A DNA stretch of 64,000 nucleotides, taken from IMG/VR virus record IMGVR_UViG_3300032318_000487, positions 15,390 to 79,389 of that record. One strand, 5' to 3'. Below the pieces are notes generated by a model. The model did not search any database. It was not told where the DNA came from and was given only the letters and a program-made list of their open reading frames with translations. A program made the translations under genes and the position numbers. Of this stretch, positions 14,422-23,027 are shown one piece after another. This DNA is from a virus. Lineage: Duplodnaviria; Caudoviricetes. The number at the start of each line of letters is the position of its first letter. The first letter of the stretch is position 1.

Positions 14422-16971
14422 TTACTTGAAGAAGTCCTCAAGCGTTGATCTATGCTCAGTTTTCCAGTTGATGCTGTCCAGAATGATCTTGAGTGGATCA
14501 AGAAAAGACTTATCGAACTGTGTGTCATAGTCAATGTACTTAACAATGTCAAACTCAGGTGGAATCTTATCAGTGAAGGCAATGATGTTACTTCGAATAT
14601 GATTTGGTTCACGAAGATACATAAACTTGATCTTCTCACCTTCTTTGATTGTTTCATAAGTCTTGTTGAGCTTCAATTCTTTGAGAAGATGATTGTAGAT
14701 GAGTGAACCACGGACACCAATTGGTGTCCCCTTCTCATACACAGATCCATTCTTTCCAGAGTATCGATTCAAGCCATTCACACTTCTAGGAAAAGCTATG
14801 TCAGATGGTAACAAAGTTTTAAATTCTTTTCTGAAGTCTTCGATGAAGTTAATCATATCATCGTTGCTACCATCAAAGATTACATTGATTGCTTCTTTTA
14901 GCTTTGCACGACAAGCTGATGGTGTTGAAGACTTGATCATCTCAAGACCCATGATCTTGATCTTTGGCTTTGTGTAAGCAACACCTTCGTTGTTATGAAC
15001 GTTTAGAATGTAACGCTTCTTTGATGTCCAGATACCCTTGTCAGCAAGAGCCTCACGCTTCATTTGCATTTTTTGTTCGAAGGCGTTAACATATCCAGCA
15101 AGCTCATCATAAGCTTTGTCAATGTATGGTTGAATTTTAGCTTCGCAGATACGATCCATGAAGTTGATAACTTCTGATGTTGTAGCAGATGGATTCGCTT
15201 CAAGATAAGTCTTGCAGACCAATCCACTAAGAGACAGATAAATCGAATCCGTATCTGACGCAATAACATAATCTTCATTCTCCGTCCTAAGGATTTTGTT
15301 TAAGTACTCATTGAGCTTGTTTTCAATCCAACGAATAGACAACTGACCAGCAGTTGTGATTGCTGTGGCCTGTCGAATGTCAAAGAAGCGAAAGTATTGA
15401 TTACCTAACGCACCATAAGCTGAGTTGAGTGATACTTTCTTAGCAAGCTGAAGATTGTTATAGCGAGCAATTCGCTTTTCAATCTCATATCTTTTATCTA
15501 TGTCTTTCTCACCCTCAAGTTCTTTACGAGCTTCAATAGACTTAGCTTTATACACTGTACGATTTTCATACATTGCTGCCATCAACTCAGGCAGAAAGCC
15601 TTGCTTGTTTGTACGAAAGAACTGACCGTTTGGTGTCAATGTACAGTCACTTAGTCCTGATGTGTCTACACTTCTTCCGAGAAGATTATCCACAGAAACA
15701 GAACAAGAAAGAATATTACGATGAAGATTTCCATAATTTGAAGGTTCCATTAGAGTTTCTGGTGAGATGTTATACTGCATAATCAAATGTGGATACAGAG
15801 AGTTTAAGTCGAACGACGCAACCCACTTGTGCATACCAACAAGAGGTTCTTTTACATACGCACCAACGAAGGCAGCATCTTTACCATGATGCTCTGATGG
15901 AGGAATAACAATGTTCTTTTTCTTCAGATGATTGAAGATGATTGCATCCCACATACGAACCTGTGCGAACACATCATCGTAGTTGCACTTGTTATCGTAA
16001 GCCAAAGTGAGAGCAAGCTCAATTAGCTTAAGCTTATCTTCTAGCTTTTCGACAAGCTTAACGTCTTTGATGTTATACTCAATGAACTTCTGATAGTTAT
16101 CACGATATAGAGTATGAAGATTACCATCATACTGAATCTTACGTTCATTGACTTCTACACTTGCTATATGATCAAGCTTATAACTTTCTTGTGACTGACC
16201 ACCTGGTGCAAACTTCTTGTACAATTCAATGTAATCAAGAATACTGATACCAGATGGCAGATATGCCACTTGATCACGACCCATGATTGTCACTGTTCTT
16301 GTGTCAAGATAGTTCCAGGGTGACAAACGCTTTGCAAAGTCTTCACCCAGAAGATTTGTGATACGATTAACTAGGTACGGAATGTCGAAGAACTTTACGT
16401 TCCATCCAGTAATGATGTCTGGATAGTTACCACTCCAGTCGTCAACAAATCGTTTGATCAAATCAAACTCATCTCGACAATGGATGTATTCAACGTCTGT
16501 ATCTTTGTTGTTGTATACACCACAACCATAGACTTTGTACTTGCTACCCATCTTGTATGTGATAGCAGTGATAGGTTCAGATGCAGTAGCAGGTTCAGGA
16601 AAACCATTCTCTGAACCCACTTCGATATCGATGTTGCAGATGTTGATTAGATCGATGTTCCAATCGATGTCGTCAGCGAATGTGTCCGCAATAAATGCGT
16701 ACTCATACTTTTGATTGCCGTAGATTTTGAAACCTTCTACACCTTCATATTGCTTGATGAAGTCACGACACTCACGAATAGTACCAGGTCTAATCTCGGA
16801 TACATGTTCACCGTAGATTGTCATGAACTCAGTTGGCTTTGAAGAGGGAACATATAACGTGGGATGATACTCAATCTTATGACGAACACGACGACCGTTG
16901 TCAATTCCACGATACAGGATCTTGGAACCAAAAACTTGAACATTAGTGTAATGTGTTTGCTGAGACATCAT
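14422..16971 (-). CDS. gp43: family B DNA polymerase (T4 gp43-like)
   Basis: DIEV exonuclease, SFDLNSLYP, KVSLNSAYG, SDTDS, KKRY motifs. Confidence 0.98.
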   Translation of the reverse strand: MMSQQTHYTNVQVFGSKILYRGIDNGRRVRHKIEYHPTLYVPSSKPTEFMTIYGEHVSEIRPGTIRECRDFIKQYEGVEGFKIYGNQKYEYAFIADTFADDIDWNIDLINICNIDIEVGSENGFPEPATASEPITAITYKMGSKYKVYGCGVYNNKDTDVEYIHCRDEFDLIKRFVDDWSGNYPDIITGWNVKFFDIPYLVNRITNLLGEDFAKRLSPWNYLDTRTVTIMGRDQVAYLPSGISILDYIELYKKFAPGGQSQESYKLDHIASVEVNERKIQYDGNLHTLYRDNYQKFIEYNIKDVKLVEKLEDKLKLIELALTLAYDNKCNYDDVFAQVRMWDAIIFNHLKKKNIVIPPSEHHGKDAAFVGAYVKEPLVGMHKWVASFDLNSLYPHLIMQYNISPETLMEPSNYGNLHRNILSCSVSVDNLLGRSVDTSGLSDCTLTPNGQFFRTNKQGFLPELMAAMYENRTVYKAKSIEARKELEGEKDIDKRYEIEKRIARYNNLQLAKKVSLNSAYGALGNQYFRFFDIRQATAITTAGQLSIRWIENKLNEYLNKILRTENEDYVIASDTDSIYLSLSGLVCKTYLEANPSATTSEVINFMDRICEAKIQPYIDKAYDELAGYVNAFEQKMQMKREALADKGIWTSKKRYILNVHNNEGVAYTKPKIKIMGLEMIKSSTPSACRAKLKEAINVIFDGSNDDMINFIEDFRKEFKTLLPSDIAFPRSVNGLNRYSGKNGSVYEKGTPIGVRGSLIYNHLLKELKLNKTYETIKEGEKIKFMYLREPNHIRSNIIAFTDKIPPEFDIVKYIDYDTQFDKSFLDPLKIILDSINWKTEHRSTLEDFFK

Positions 16972-16990
16972 TCCTCTTCTCAATAAAAAA

Positions 16991-17029
16991 GCCTAGCATA
17001 ATGATACGCTAGGCTCGTGTTAATGTCAA
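16991..17029 (-). terminator. intrinsic terminator overlapped by a sigma70 promoter for gp43
   Basis: GCCTAGC-N10-GCTAGGC-TTTTTT; TTGACA-N17-TATCAT spans the hairpin. Confidence 0.75.
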
Positions 17030-17041
17030 TATGTGTTATCG

Positions 17042-17356
17042 TCACTGCCCCGGCATGACCAACTTAGATGAAGGTGCAACAATACCACCAAATATTCCGT
17101 TATACTGATTGATGAATTCCTGAACAGGCTTCATCATTGTAATGACATGTGCTTTGTGAATAGTGAATTGCTTCTCATCCGAGAACTCTGCCCAAGGTGC
17201 AAAGCCTACAGTTGGTGCTTGTGGATTTGTCTTTGATGGAATAACTACAACACGAACAGGATTCTTGATCGTTACGTTAATTGAGCTATCTTCTACAACT
17301 TCACACATGACCTCATCACCAGAGATCATCTTGAGAATCTTAAGATTAGTTGCCAT
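17042..17356 (-). CDS. conserved T4-like small protein usually found just upstream of gp43
   Basis: KILKMISGDEVMCEV ... VGFAPWA ... FINQYNGIFG. Confidence 0.75.
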   Translation of the reverse strand: MATNLKILKMISGDEVMCEVVEDSSINVTIKNPVRVVVIPSKTNPQAPTVGFAPWAEFSDEKQFTIHKAHVITMMKPVQEFINQYNGIFGGIVAPSSKLVMPGQ

Positions 17357-17580
17357 TAGTCTTGAAACTCCATAATATAATCATACACGCCAAGTGTTAC
17401 CCACTTCTCTGGAATTAGAGTAACCTTAGAACCTGTCTCAGTCTCATAAGAGTACTTGTTGTCAAAGTCAACAATCTTACAGATTCGTTCCCACTTATCA
17501 TCATAAGCTCGCTGCTTAAACTGCGTCTCAAGAATTGCCATTCCATATTCTGACTTTGCACCCATTCTAAGTCCTTTCAT
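17356..17580 (-). CDS. hypothetical protein
   Basis: ORF track, overlapping starts/stops. Confidence 0.7.
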   Translation of the reverse strand: MKGLRMGAKSEYGMAILETQFKQRAYDDKWERICKIVDFDNKYSYETETGSKVTLIPEKWVTLGVYDYIMEFQD

Positions 17581-17864
17581 AGATCAATATCATAATAGTT
17601 CGTGTTTGTTAAAAGTTTAAAGTGACCTAACTTTTGACCGTTCTCTATACAACGGTCACATATAGTACCACAAGTGTAGCAGTTTGTCAAGACTTCATAC
17701 AGTTCTCCATCGATTGTTCGTGAACCGAAACAACCAACTAGATACTTTTTATCTTCACGTTCAAAGATTTCAGACGCACAACCCATCGCTTGCGTGCATG
17801 GATGTCCTGGCCCTTCTTCAAAGAGAGGTATGAACATCTTTCTACAGTGTGTACAAGTAATCAT
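17577..17864 (-). CDS. Cys-rich hypothetical protein
   Basis: CxxC motifs; ORF track. Confidence 0.65.
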   Translation of the reverse strand: MITCTHCRKMFIPLFEEGPGHPCTQAMGCASEIFEREDKKYLVGCFGSRTIDGELYEVLTNCYTCGTICDRCIENGQKLGHFKLLTNTNYYDIDL

Positions 17865-18520
17865 TAGTCCCAGAGTCCACGATAGTATTTGCCGAAAAAC
17901 ATTAGACCTCTATCGATACGTTCATGATGTTTCTTGTATCCTTCAAAATCAAATACGTGCGTATCGTTAGGACCCAACTCCATACGAGATAGTCCGTCTT
18001 CTTGCTTTACCCATTGAACGTCATGCTTACCATCATAAAATTGATCGTCAGAATTTTCATCAACAAGTTGCTCAAAAGCCCAAATCATCTCAGAAAGAAT
18101 CCAACTCCAACGGTCATGAACAGTGTTATCTATATAACCGTTATCGGGACCTGCTTGTTCAGTTGGATGAAGATATTCTGGTACGTCTTTAAGTTCAACC
18201 AAAGGAGAACCATGCTTTGTAGCTTGAAGTTGTCTAAGCGCAGGTAGAATGATCAATGCAAGTGTGTGATCCATCGACCATGTATCATAGTCGTCAATTC
18301 GCACTTTTACCTTGCGACCTTTCCAAGCATAAAACTTGTTCAGTGGTCGCAACACAAGATCAAAATACAAATCAAAAGTCTTTAGAACGATCTTATCGGT
18401 CCTTGTGTAGTCTTCTTCTGCAACTTCCCACGGTTCTTTTTTATACATGCGGCGAAACCACCACCTTTCAAGAGAACGTGTGGTATAATACTTTTCATAA
18501 GGTCCGATATAGATTTTCAT
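17864..18520 (-). CDS. conserved phage hypothetical protein
   Basis: DTWSMDHTLALIILPAL ... RW..IL.EMIWAFE ... FGKYYRGLWD. Confidence 0.8.
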   Translation of the reverse strand: MKIYIGPYEKYYTTRSLERWWFRRMYKKEPWEVAEEDYTRTDKIVLKTFDLYFDLVLRPLNKFYAWKGRKVKVRIDDYDTWSMDHTLALIILPALRQLQATKHGSPLVELKDVPEYLHPTEQAGPDNGYIDNTVHDRWSWILSEMIWAFEQLVDENSDDQFYDGKHDVQWVKQEDGLSRMELGPNDTHVFDFEGYKKHHERIDRGLMFFGKYYRGLWD

Positions 18521-18521
18521 G

Positions 18522-18968
18522 TTAGCATCCTACGCTAGTATCAATTTCATACTCATCAATAATCTTGGTCAACTGATCTCGCAGTGTCTTCTGAAGACCA
18601 ACACGAGTGAACATCTTCCTTGCTTCTTCACCCAGAAGAAACTCAAAGGTCGCACCACCATCTACATTATCACGCTCAGATAGAACTTCAATATGCCAAG
18701 GATCAAGAGGTGGTGCGTAATCTTCTTCATAAGTCTCTTCAAAGATATCCTTGGCGCAGAAGTAAAACTCGCCATGAACACCCTTGATGAGATAGTCACC
18801 AACTGCACCAGTCATGGTATCTTCAAGAGTATATACCATCATACCAGTCATAGAACCATCAGGTCTACGAACGATGTCAGACTTTGACCATGCAGCAAGT
18901 TCATCTGCATTCTCAATCGTAATCTGACGGGCTTCAATCGGAATAGGTTTCTTTGTATAGAAAGGCAT
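18522..18968 (-). CDS. hypothetical protein, PGDYG-like N-terminal domain
   Basis: KKPIPIEA ... GDYLIKGVHGEFYFC..DIFEETYE. Confidence 0.75.
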   Translation of the reverse strand: MPFYTKKPIPIEARQITIENADELAAWSKSDIVRRPDGSMTGMMVYTLEDTMTGAVGDYLIKGVHGEFYFCAKDIFEETYEEDYAPPLDPWHIEVLSERDNVDGGATFEFLLGEEARKMFTRVGLQKTLRDQLTKIIDEYEIDTSVGC

Positions 18969-19192
18969 TACTTAGTCTCCAATATTCTATTCAAATCATC
19001 AAAGGTGTAACTTGTCATTGACACACCGACACGATCAGTTTTATGTTTATAGATGATATATCCTTTTGGATTACCATCTATATCTATGAATGGATAAAAA
19101 GAAACAACCACAGGACTTTCTTCACCCTGAGAGTACCATTCACTAAGATGATGAGTTATTTTAATCCAATTTTCAAAAGAGTAGTTCATCAC
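18968..19192 (-). CDS. hypothetical protein
   Basis: ORF track. Confidence 0.55.
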   Translation of the reverse strand: MMNYSFENWIKITHHLSEWYSQGEESPVVVSFYPFIDIDGNPKGYIIYKHKTDRVGVSMTSYTFDDLNRILETK

Positions 19193-19884
19193 TTATCTCC
19201 AAGATCAAGGCAATCTTTCAGCGACGGAAAAACTTCCGTGATCTGATACCAAGCATCAGCAGCAACTTCACGATGTTCCTTCTGTGTTTCTGGACCCATA
19301 CGTAACTGGCAGTAATGAATCCAAGAACGCAGAGTACCATTCATATACATGCGAGAAACAGTCAGACCTTCAGGAAGAACAGCACGTGCCTGTTCCTTTG
19401 CAATACCGTTATCAATAGCCCAAGCGTAAGCTCTTTTAGATTCCGTGGTAACAACTTCTTGCATCATAACCCAACGGTCATGCAGCCCACCTTGATAGTC
19501 GTCGTTCGTATCAATCTCAATGCTATTCTGACGGTTCTTCGTATCCTGCAAACGAGCTTCACGAGTAACGAAACCCAAGTCCTTAGTAGGATCAGCATAA
19601 CGCTGACTGAACTCTTGAAACGAGAATGAGCGATGACGGAGAATCTGACGAGCGATGTCCCTGGTTGTTTCAATGGACATAGTGATACTTACAGTTTCAA
19701 AAACGCTCCAGTGCTTGTGCTTGGCACAATAACGTAATAGTTTTGGAGCAGTCATACTATTCATTTGATTAGAAGGATTGGATACTCTAGCACAGTAAGC
19801 AATGAACTCATCAGGTGTCATTCTAACACCATTTTCATTGTCAATCAAGGGTTGTGTAACAGCAATAATCTTAGCAGTATTCAT
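19189..19884 (-). CDS. thyX: FAD-dependent thymidylate synthase
   Basis: HWSVFE, RQILRHRSFSFQEFSQRY, ARAVLP, TQKEHR. Confidence 0.97.
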   Translation of the reverse strand: MNTAKIIAVTQPLIDNENGVRMTPDEFIAYCARVSNPSNQMNSMTAPKLLRYCAKHKHWSVFETVSITMSIETTRDIARQILRHRSFSFQEFSQRYADPTKDLGFVTREARLQDTKNRQNSIEIDTNDDYQGGLHDRWVMMQEVVTTESKRAYAWAIDNGIAKEQARAVLPEGLTVSRMYMNGTLRSWIHYCQLRMGPETQKEHREVAADAWYQITEVFPSLKDCLDLGDK

Positions 19885-20150
19885 ATAACTTCAGCTCCCA
19901 ATAGACGCCAACCATCAATTGGTTGATCTTTGAACATATCATACATTTGACTCTTAGCTATATCATAGGCACTTTCCTTAGTCTTAGCGAGTACTATGAT
20001 TTCTTTTTCTTCATAATAGTCTCTACGATAAGGTTTCAACTTTACTTTAAACTTCTTCATACCCTTGTTCTGATCTCTATACTGCTTCCAGTATCCATAT
20101 GGCTTGTTTTGCCATATGTCTTCCATTTCTTCTTTAGTCAAGCCTATCAT
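19881..20150 (-). CDS. hypothetical protein
   Basis: ORF track. Confidence 0.65.
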   Translation of the reverse strand: MIGLTKEEMEDIWQNKPYGYWKQYRDQNKGMKKFKVKLKPYRRDYYEEKEIIVLAKTKESAYDIAKSQMYDMFKDQPIDGWRLLGAEVI

Positions 20151-20439
20151 GATACTTGGTTTCCCATTCAGTTTGCTTCACTGGATCTTTCAATGGATAC
20201 TTTTTACACACTTCGAAGTAGTCTTTAGATGGTTCTCTTGGATTCATCTTATGATACTTAGTTGCTTTCTCAATTCGCTTTTGTTCCATTATCCTCAGAT
20301 ATTCTTCATCAGGAACACGACCGTCTCCAGTATACTTGCACCAGTCTGAGAAATAAACATTGTTGATGAATGTTTTACCAAAAATCCAGTCGTCAGACTT
20401 CGATGTGATCTTGTGGAACACGTCATAGTTATTTGACAT
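20134..20439 (-). CDS. hypothetical protein
   Basis: ORF track. Confidence 0.6.
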   Translation of the reverse strand: MSNNYDVFHKITSKSDDWIFGKTFINNVYFSDWCKYTGDGRVPDEEYLRIMEQKRIEKATKYHKMNPREPSKDYFEVCKKYPLKDPVKQTEWETKYHDRLD

Positions 20440-20446
20440 TATATGA

Positions 20447-21166
20447 TTAGCCTTTGATTTGTGGATACTGAACGCTATATTCCATGCGAAGAATCATTTC
20501 TGTTTCTTGCCAACTCTTCACATGATAATACTGATCTGAAAGGATTGCAATATGAAAATCGTTTTCATCTTCGTTACATTTATCACCAAAGAAGATGATC
20601 TTTTTATCATCTTCAGTTATAAAAGGAAAAATCTGACCTTTGTCATTTCCTCTTAGATGGATGTCAATTCCTAAATCACCAGCAATGTAACAGTCTAGTC
20701 TGGGTAAAAGAGACCTAATCTTTCTAACAAGATATGCTCGTTCTTTAGTCTTTTTGTCCCATTCAATATATTCCTCACGTTGCTTCTTAGTTGCGTTTCT
20801 ACCCAGAACTGAAAAGTTAACAAGTCCTGTTTTCTTTTCAAAGTGATAGCCAGTTCTGGTTGCGAAGAATGATCTGTTCAACAAGGTCTCAATGATATCT
20901 TTCTCATGGTAAGTTAAATCAAATCTGTTCGAATAGATTTTCTTACTATCAGAATGATACTCATTACCACCACATGTGAAAATGCCTTCACATGCTTTAA
21001 TAAGATCAGGACCGAGTTGACTCTCAGTCTGATCTAAATCGTTTCCGGTAACAATGTAAACTTTGTTCTTTAGACAGAAAGACTTAAAGAAGTGTTTAAA
21101 GTCTGTGTCCATTTCTTTCTTGGAGGGTGTTAGTGTGCCGTCAACGTCGAAAACAAAGATATACAT
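20447..21166 (-). CDS. HAD-IIB phosphomannomutase-like protein
   Basis: FDVDGTLT, VTG.D, NFSVLGR, GND..K, FFGDK...ND. Confidence 0.85.
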   Translation of the reverse strand: MYIFVFDVDGTLTPSKKEMDTDFKHFFKSFCLKNKVYIVTGNDLDQTESQLGPDLIKACEGIFTCGGNEYHSDSKKIYSNRFDLTYHEKDIIETLLNRSFFATRTGYHFEKKTGLVNFSVLGRNATKKQREEYIEWDKKTKERAYLVRKIRSLLPRLDCYIAGDLGIDIHLRGNDKGQIFPFITEDDKKIIFFGDKCNEDENDFHIAILSDQYYHVKSWQETEMILRMEYSVQYPQIKG

Positions 21167-21182
21167 TCATACCTCAAATATA

Positions 21183-21256
21183 TGGAGCGGGCAACAGGAT
21201 TCGAACCAGTATCTCTAGCTTGGAAGGCTAAGGCACAACCTTTATACCATACCCGC
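21183..21256 (-). tRNA. tRNA-Gly(TCC), 5' end overlapped by the GIY-YIG ORF
   Basis: GCGGGTA/TGCCCGC acceptor, TTAGC-CTTCCAA-GCTAG, CCA; D-stem rich in G:U pairs. Confidence 0.88.
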
Positions 21257-21754
21257 GAGTTTTTCTCTGTGCTTTCGTTTGATAGCTTCAGAGATGTTTT
21301 TTCTATGTTCATCAGATTTGGGTTTATCTTTTAGGGCGATAGAATTTTTGATTGAAATGGCATTCTTTTGTTCTTCAGAAATAGGAATACCTTTTTTATG
21401 AGTATTGCCAAAATGTGCCATTCTTTTCTTAGATTCTTCCGTATGTCGTTTACCTTTGAATTTGGGTATATCATTTGAATTGATATACCCAAATCCTCCA
21501 TTACCACCTTCACATAAATTATAAGACGATTCTGACAAAATAACAAGTTCTCTTTCTTTGTTATTCATCTCTTCTTCATTATCAAACACAAACAAAATTT
21601 CTTTCCTAAATGATTCTTTACCATACTTTTTGATAGCTTGTTTCAATAGTTTTCCAGAACCAAGATATGAATCATTTATATCTTTTGTTTTATGTTTTCC
21701 TATATAAAAGCGATCATTCACAGTGTTAACAGTTTTATAAACAATATAAAACAT
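21242..21754 (-). CDS. GIY-YIG (Seg-like) homing endonuclease with NUMOD3-like repeats
   Basis: YIVYKTVN....FYIGKH, YLGSG, E.ELV, YNL..GG.GG; KHTEESK / KPKSDEHRK repeats. Confidence 0.9.
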   Translation of the reverse strand: MFYIVYKTVNTVNDRFYIGKHKTKDINDSYLGSGKLLKQAIKKYGKESFRKEILFVFDNEEEMNNKERELVILSESSYNLCEGGNGGFGYINSNDIPKFKGKRHTEESKKRMAHFGNTHKKGIPISEEQKNAISIKNSIALKDKPKSDEHRKNISEAIKRKHREKLAGMV

Positions 21755-21787
21755 AAGGCTGACACTCTACCCCTGAGTTATACCCGC
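21755..21787 (-). pseudogene. 33-nt 5' half of a tRNA-Gly, ending at the first anticodon base
   Basis: GCGGGTA-TA-ACTC-AGGGGTA-GAGT-G-TCAGC-CT-T then directly the endonuclease ATG; collinear with the first 33 nt of the downstream tRNA-Gly. Confidence 0.9.
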
Positions 21788-21904
21788 ATTTTTATTCTTA
21801 TCTGTTTTAGGCTTTAGTTTTGGATCAACAGGTTTGATTTCTTCTTTTGGAGGAACGAAGTCAGCACTTGCAGGTCTAAACCAACTTTTAATCCATTTCC
21901 ACAT
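21767..21904 (-). CDS. small Lys/Pro-rich protein (45 aa) ending inside the tRNA-Gly remnant
   Basis: MWKWIKSWFRPASADFVPPKEEIKPVDPKLKPKTDKNKNAGITQG; AGGAG SD, ATAAATA box upstream. Confidence 0.6.
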   Translation of the reverse strand: MWKWIKSWFRPASADFVPPKEEIKPVDPKLKPKTDKNKNAGITQG

Positions 21905-21951
21905 TGAAAACTCCTGTGTTGCTTTCAATGTATTTATGAAAATATATCATT

Positions 21952-22140
21952 CTATGTGTTGGATGTCAATAACAATCTTCTTTTTTCCGATTCGATATTG
22001 ATCTGTTCCTTTCGCTGATTATCCGCACCGAACCATTCCGTAATCTCATCGTAAGTTCTTCCACAACCTATACACACTAAAAGCTCTTTCAATTCAGTAT
22101 AGGAACAAATCTTAACACAAGGAGAATTACTTCTTGTCAT
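21952..22140 (-). CDS. DUF1289-like Cys-rich protein
   Basis: SPCVKIC ... CIGCGRT..EI..W. Confidence 0.75.
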   Translation of the reverse strand: MTRSNSPCVKICSYTELKELLVCIGCGRTYDEITEWFGADNQRKEQINIESEKRRLLLTSNT

Positions 22141-22244
22141 TATTTTCCTTCTTCTTTGTGTTCTTTTCCCTCAACTTCTGAAGTCTCTCTCTTGCTGCTT
22201 GAGACTTTTCCTTATGTGAACTTAGAGTTGATCTCTTCTTTTCC

Positions 22245-23027
22245 TCAGACATATTCTTTCCTCTTTATTAACTTTGCTGATAAGTTGGTGACTGTATCTA
22301 AGTTTTTGACTGAATACACTTTAGCGTTTGAATCACTACAGACCCACATCTCATCTCGAAATCTATCTGGTGCTGTTCTCAACCAAGAGTCTCTAGTTTT
22401 TGATTGAAGGTTTTTCCACCAGTCAATGGTTGATGGATCAGGTAACCTTCTTAAGTAGCTTGAGTTTGACCACCAGAAGTTACCACTGAAGTGTGGACAA
22501 GGTTCGTCAAAGTAATTAACACCAGCAACATCATGAGTATTTAGCGACTCAACACATCTTTCCCAGTTTTCGATAACACCCCAATTCAAGAACTGTCTCC
22601 AGTAATAGTAGTTCTTGAATGTACCGATGTTTCTCTTTTTAAGATGGTTATCAACTGAAGTTATGCCCTTCGTGTGTAGATACAAAGCAGTGAAGACATC
22701 ATTCTGAGAATCATTCCATATTCTTTGAAGAATGACGTTTTCAGTGATTGTCTCTGAGTTGTTGATGCCACTTAGCATGACACCATCATTTGAGTGATTG
22801 TTCTTGAACACAATCAACTTTGCATTTGGTAGTGCAAAGCTCATACAAAGATCAGCAAATATCTTGGTTCTCTCATCTTGCTGAGAGACGCATGTTATCG
22901 TAATATCATCAAACGATGAAAGAAGATGATGGTCTTCCATCATCTTCATCTGTTCCATGAATGGATATACCCAAGTTGAATACTCATCACTTAGGTATAC
23001 ATGATAGTACAAATACTTTTTCATCAA
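22245..23027 (-). CDS. glycosyltransferase-like hypothetical protein
   Basis: LYLHTKG, DVAGVN, HFSGNFWW motifs; terminal gene of the sugar cluster. Confidence 0.55.
   Translation of the reverse strand: MMKKYLYYHVYLSDEYSTWVYPFMEQMKMMEDHHLLSSFDDITITCVSQQDERTKIFADLCMSFALPNAKLIVFKNNHSNDGVMLSGINNSETITENVILQRIWNDSQNDVFTALYLHTKGITSVDNHLKKRNIGTFKNYYYWRQFLNWGVIENWERCVESLNTHDVAGVNYFDEPCPHFSGNFWWSNSSYLRRLPDPSTIDWWKNLQSKTRDSWLRTAPDRFRDEMWVCSDSNAKVYSVKNLDTVTNLSAKLIKRKEYV

Noticed and set aside
10836-16971. Inteins or introns in gp41, uvsX, gp43 (also gp46, gp23, gp20)
   Set aside because: Lengths and motif spacing are normal; no Cys/Ser...His-Asn intein ends or reading-frame breaks
21183-21787. Group I intron in the tRNA-Gly anticodon loop
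   Set aside because: The ORF fills the whole interval with no room for P/Q/R/S core elements, and a complete second 5' half makes splicing unnecessary
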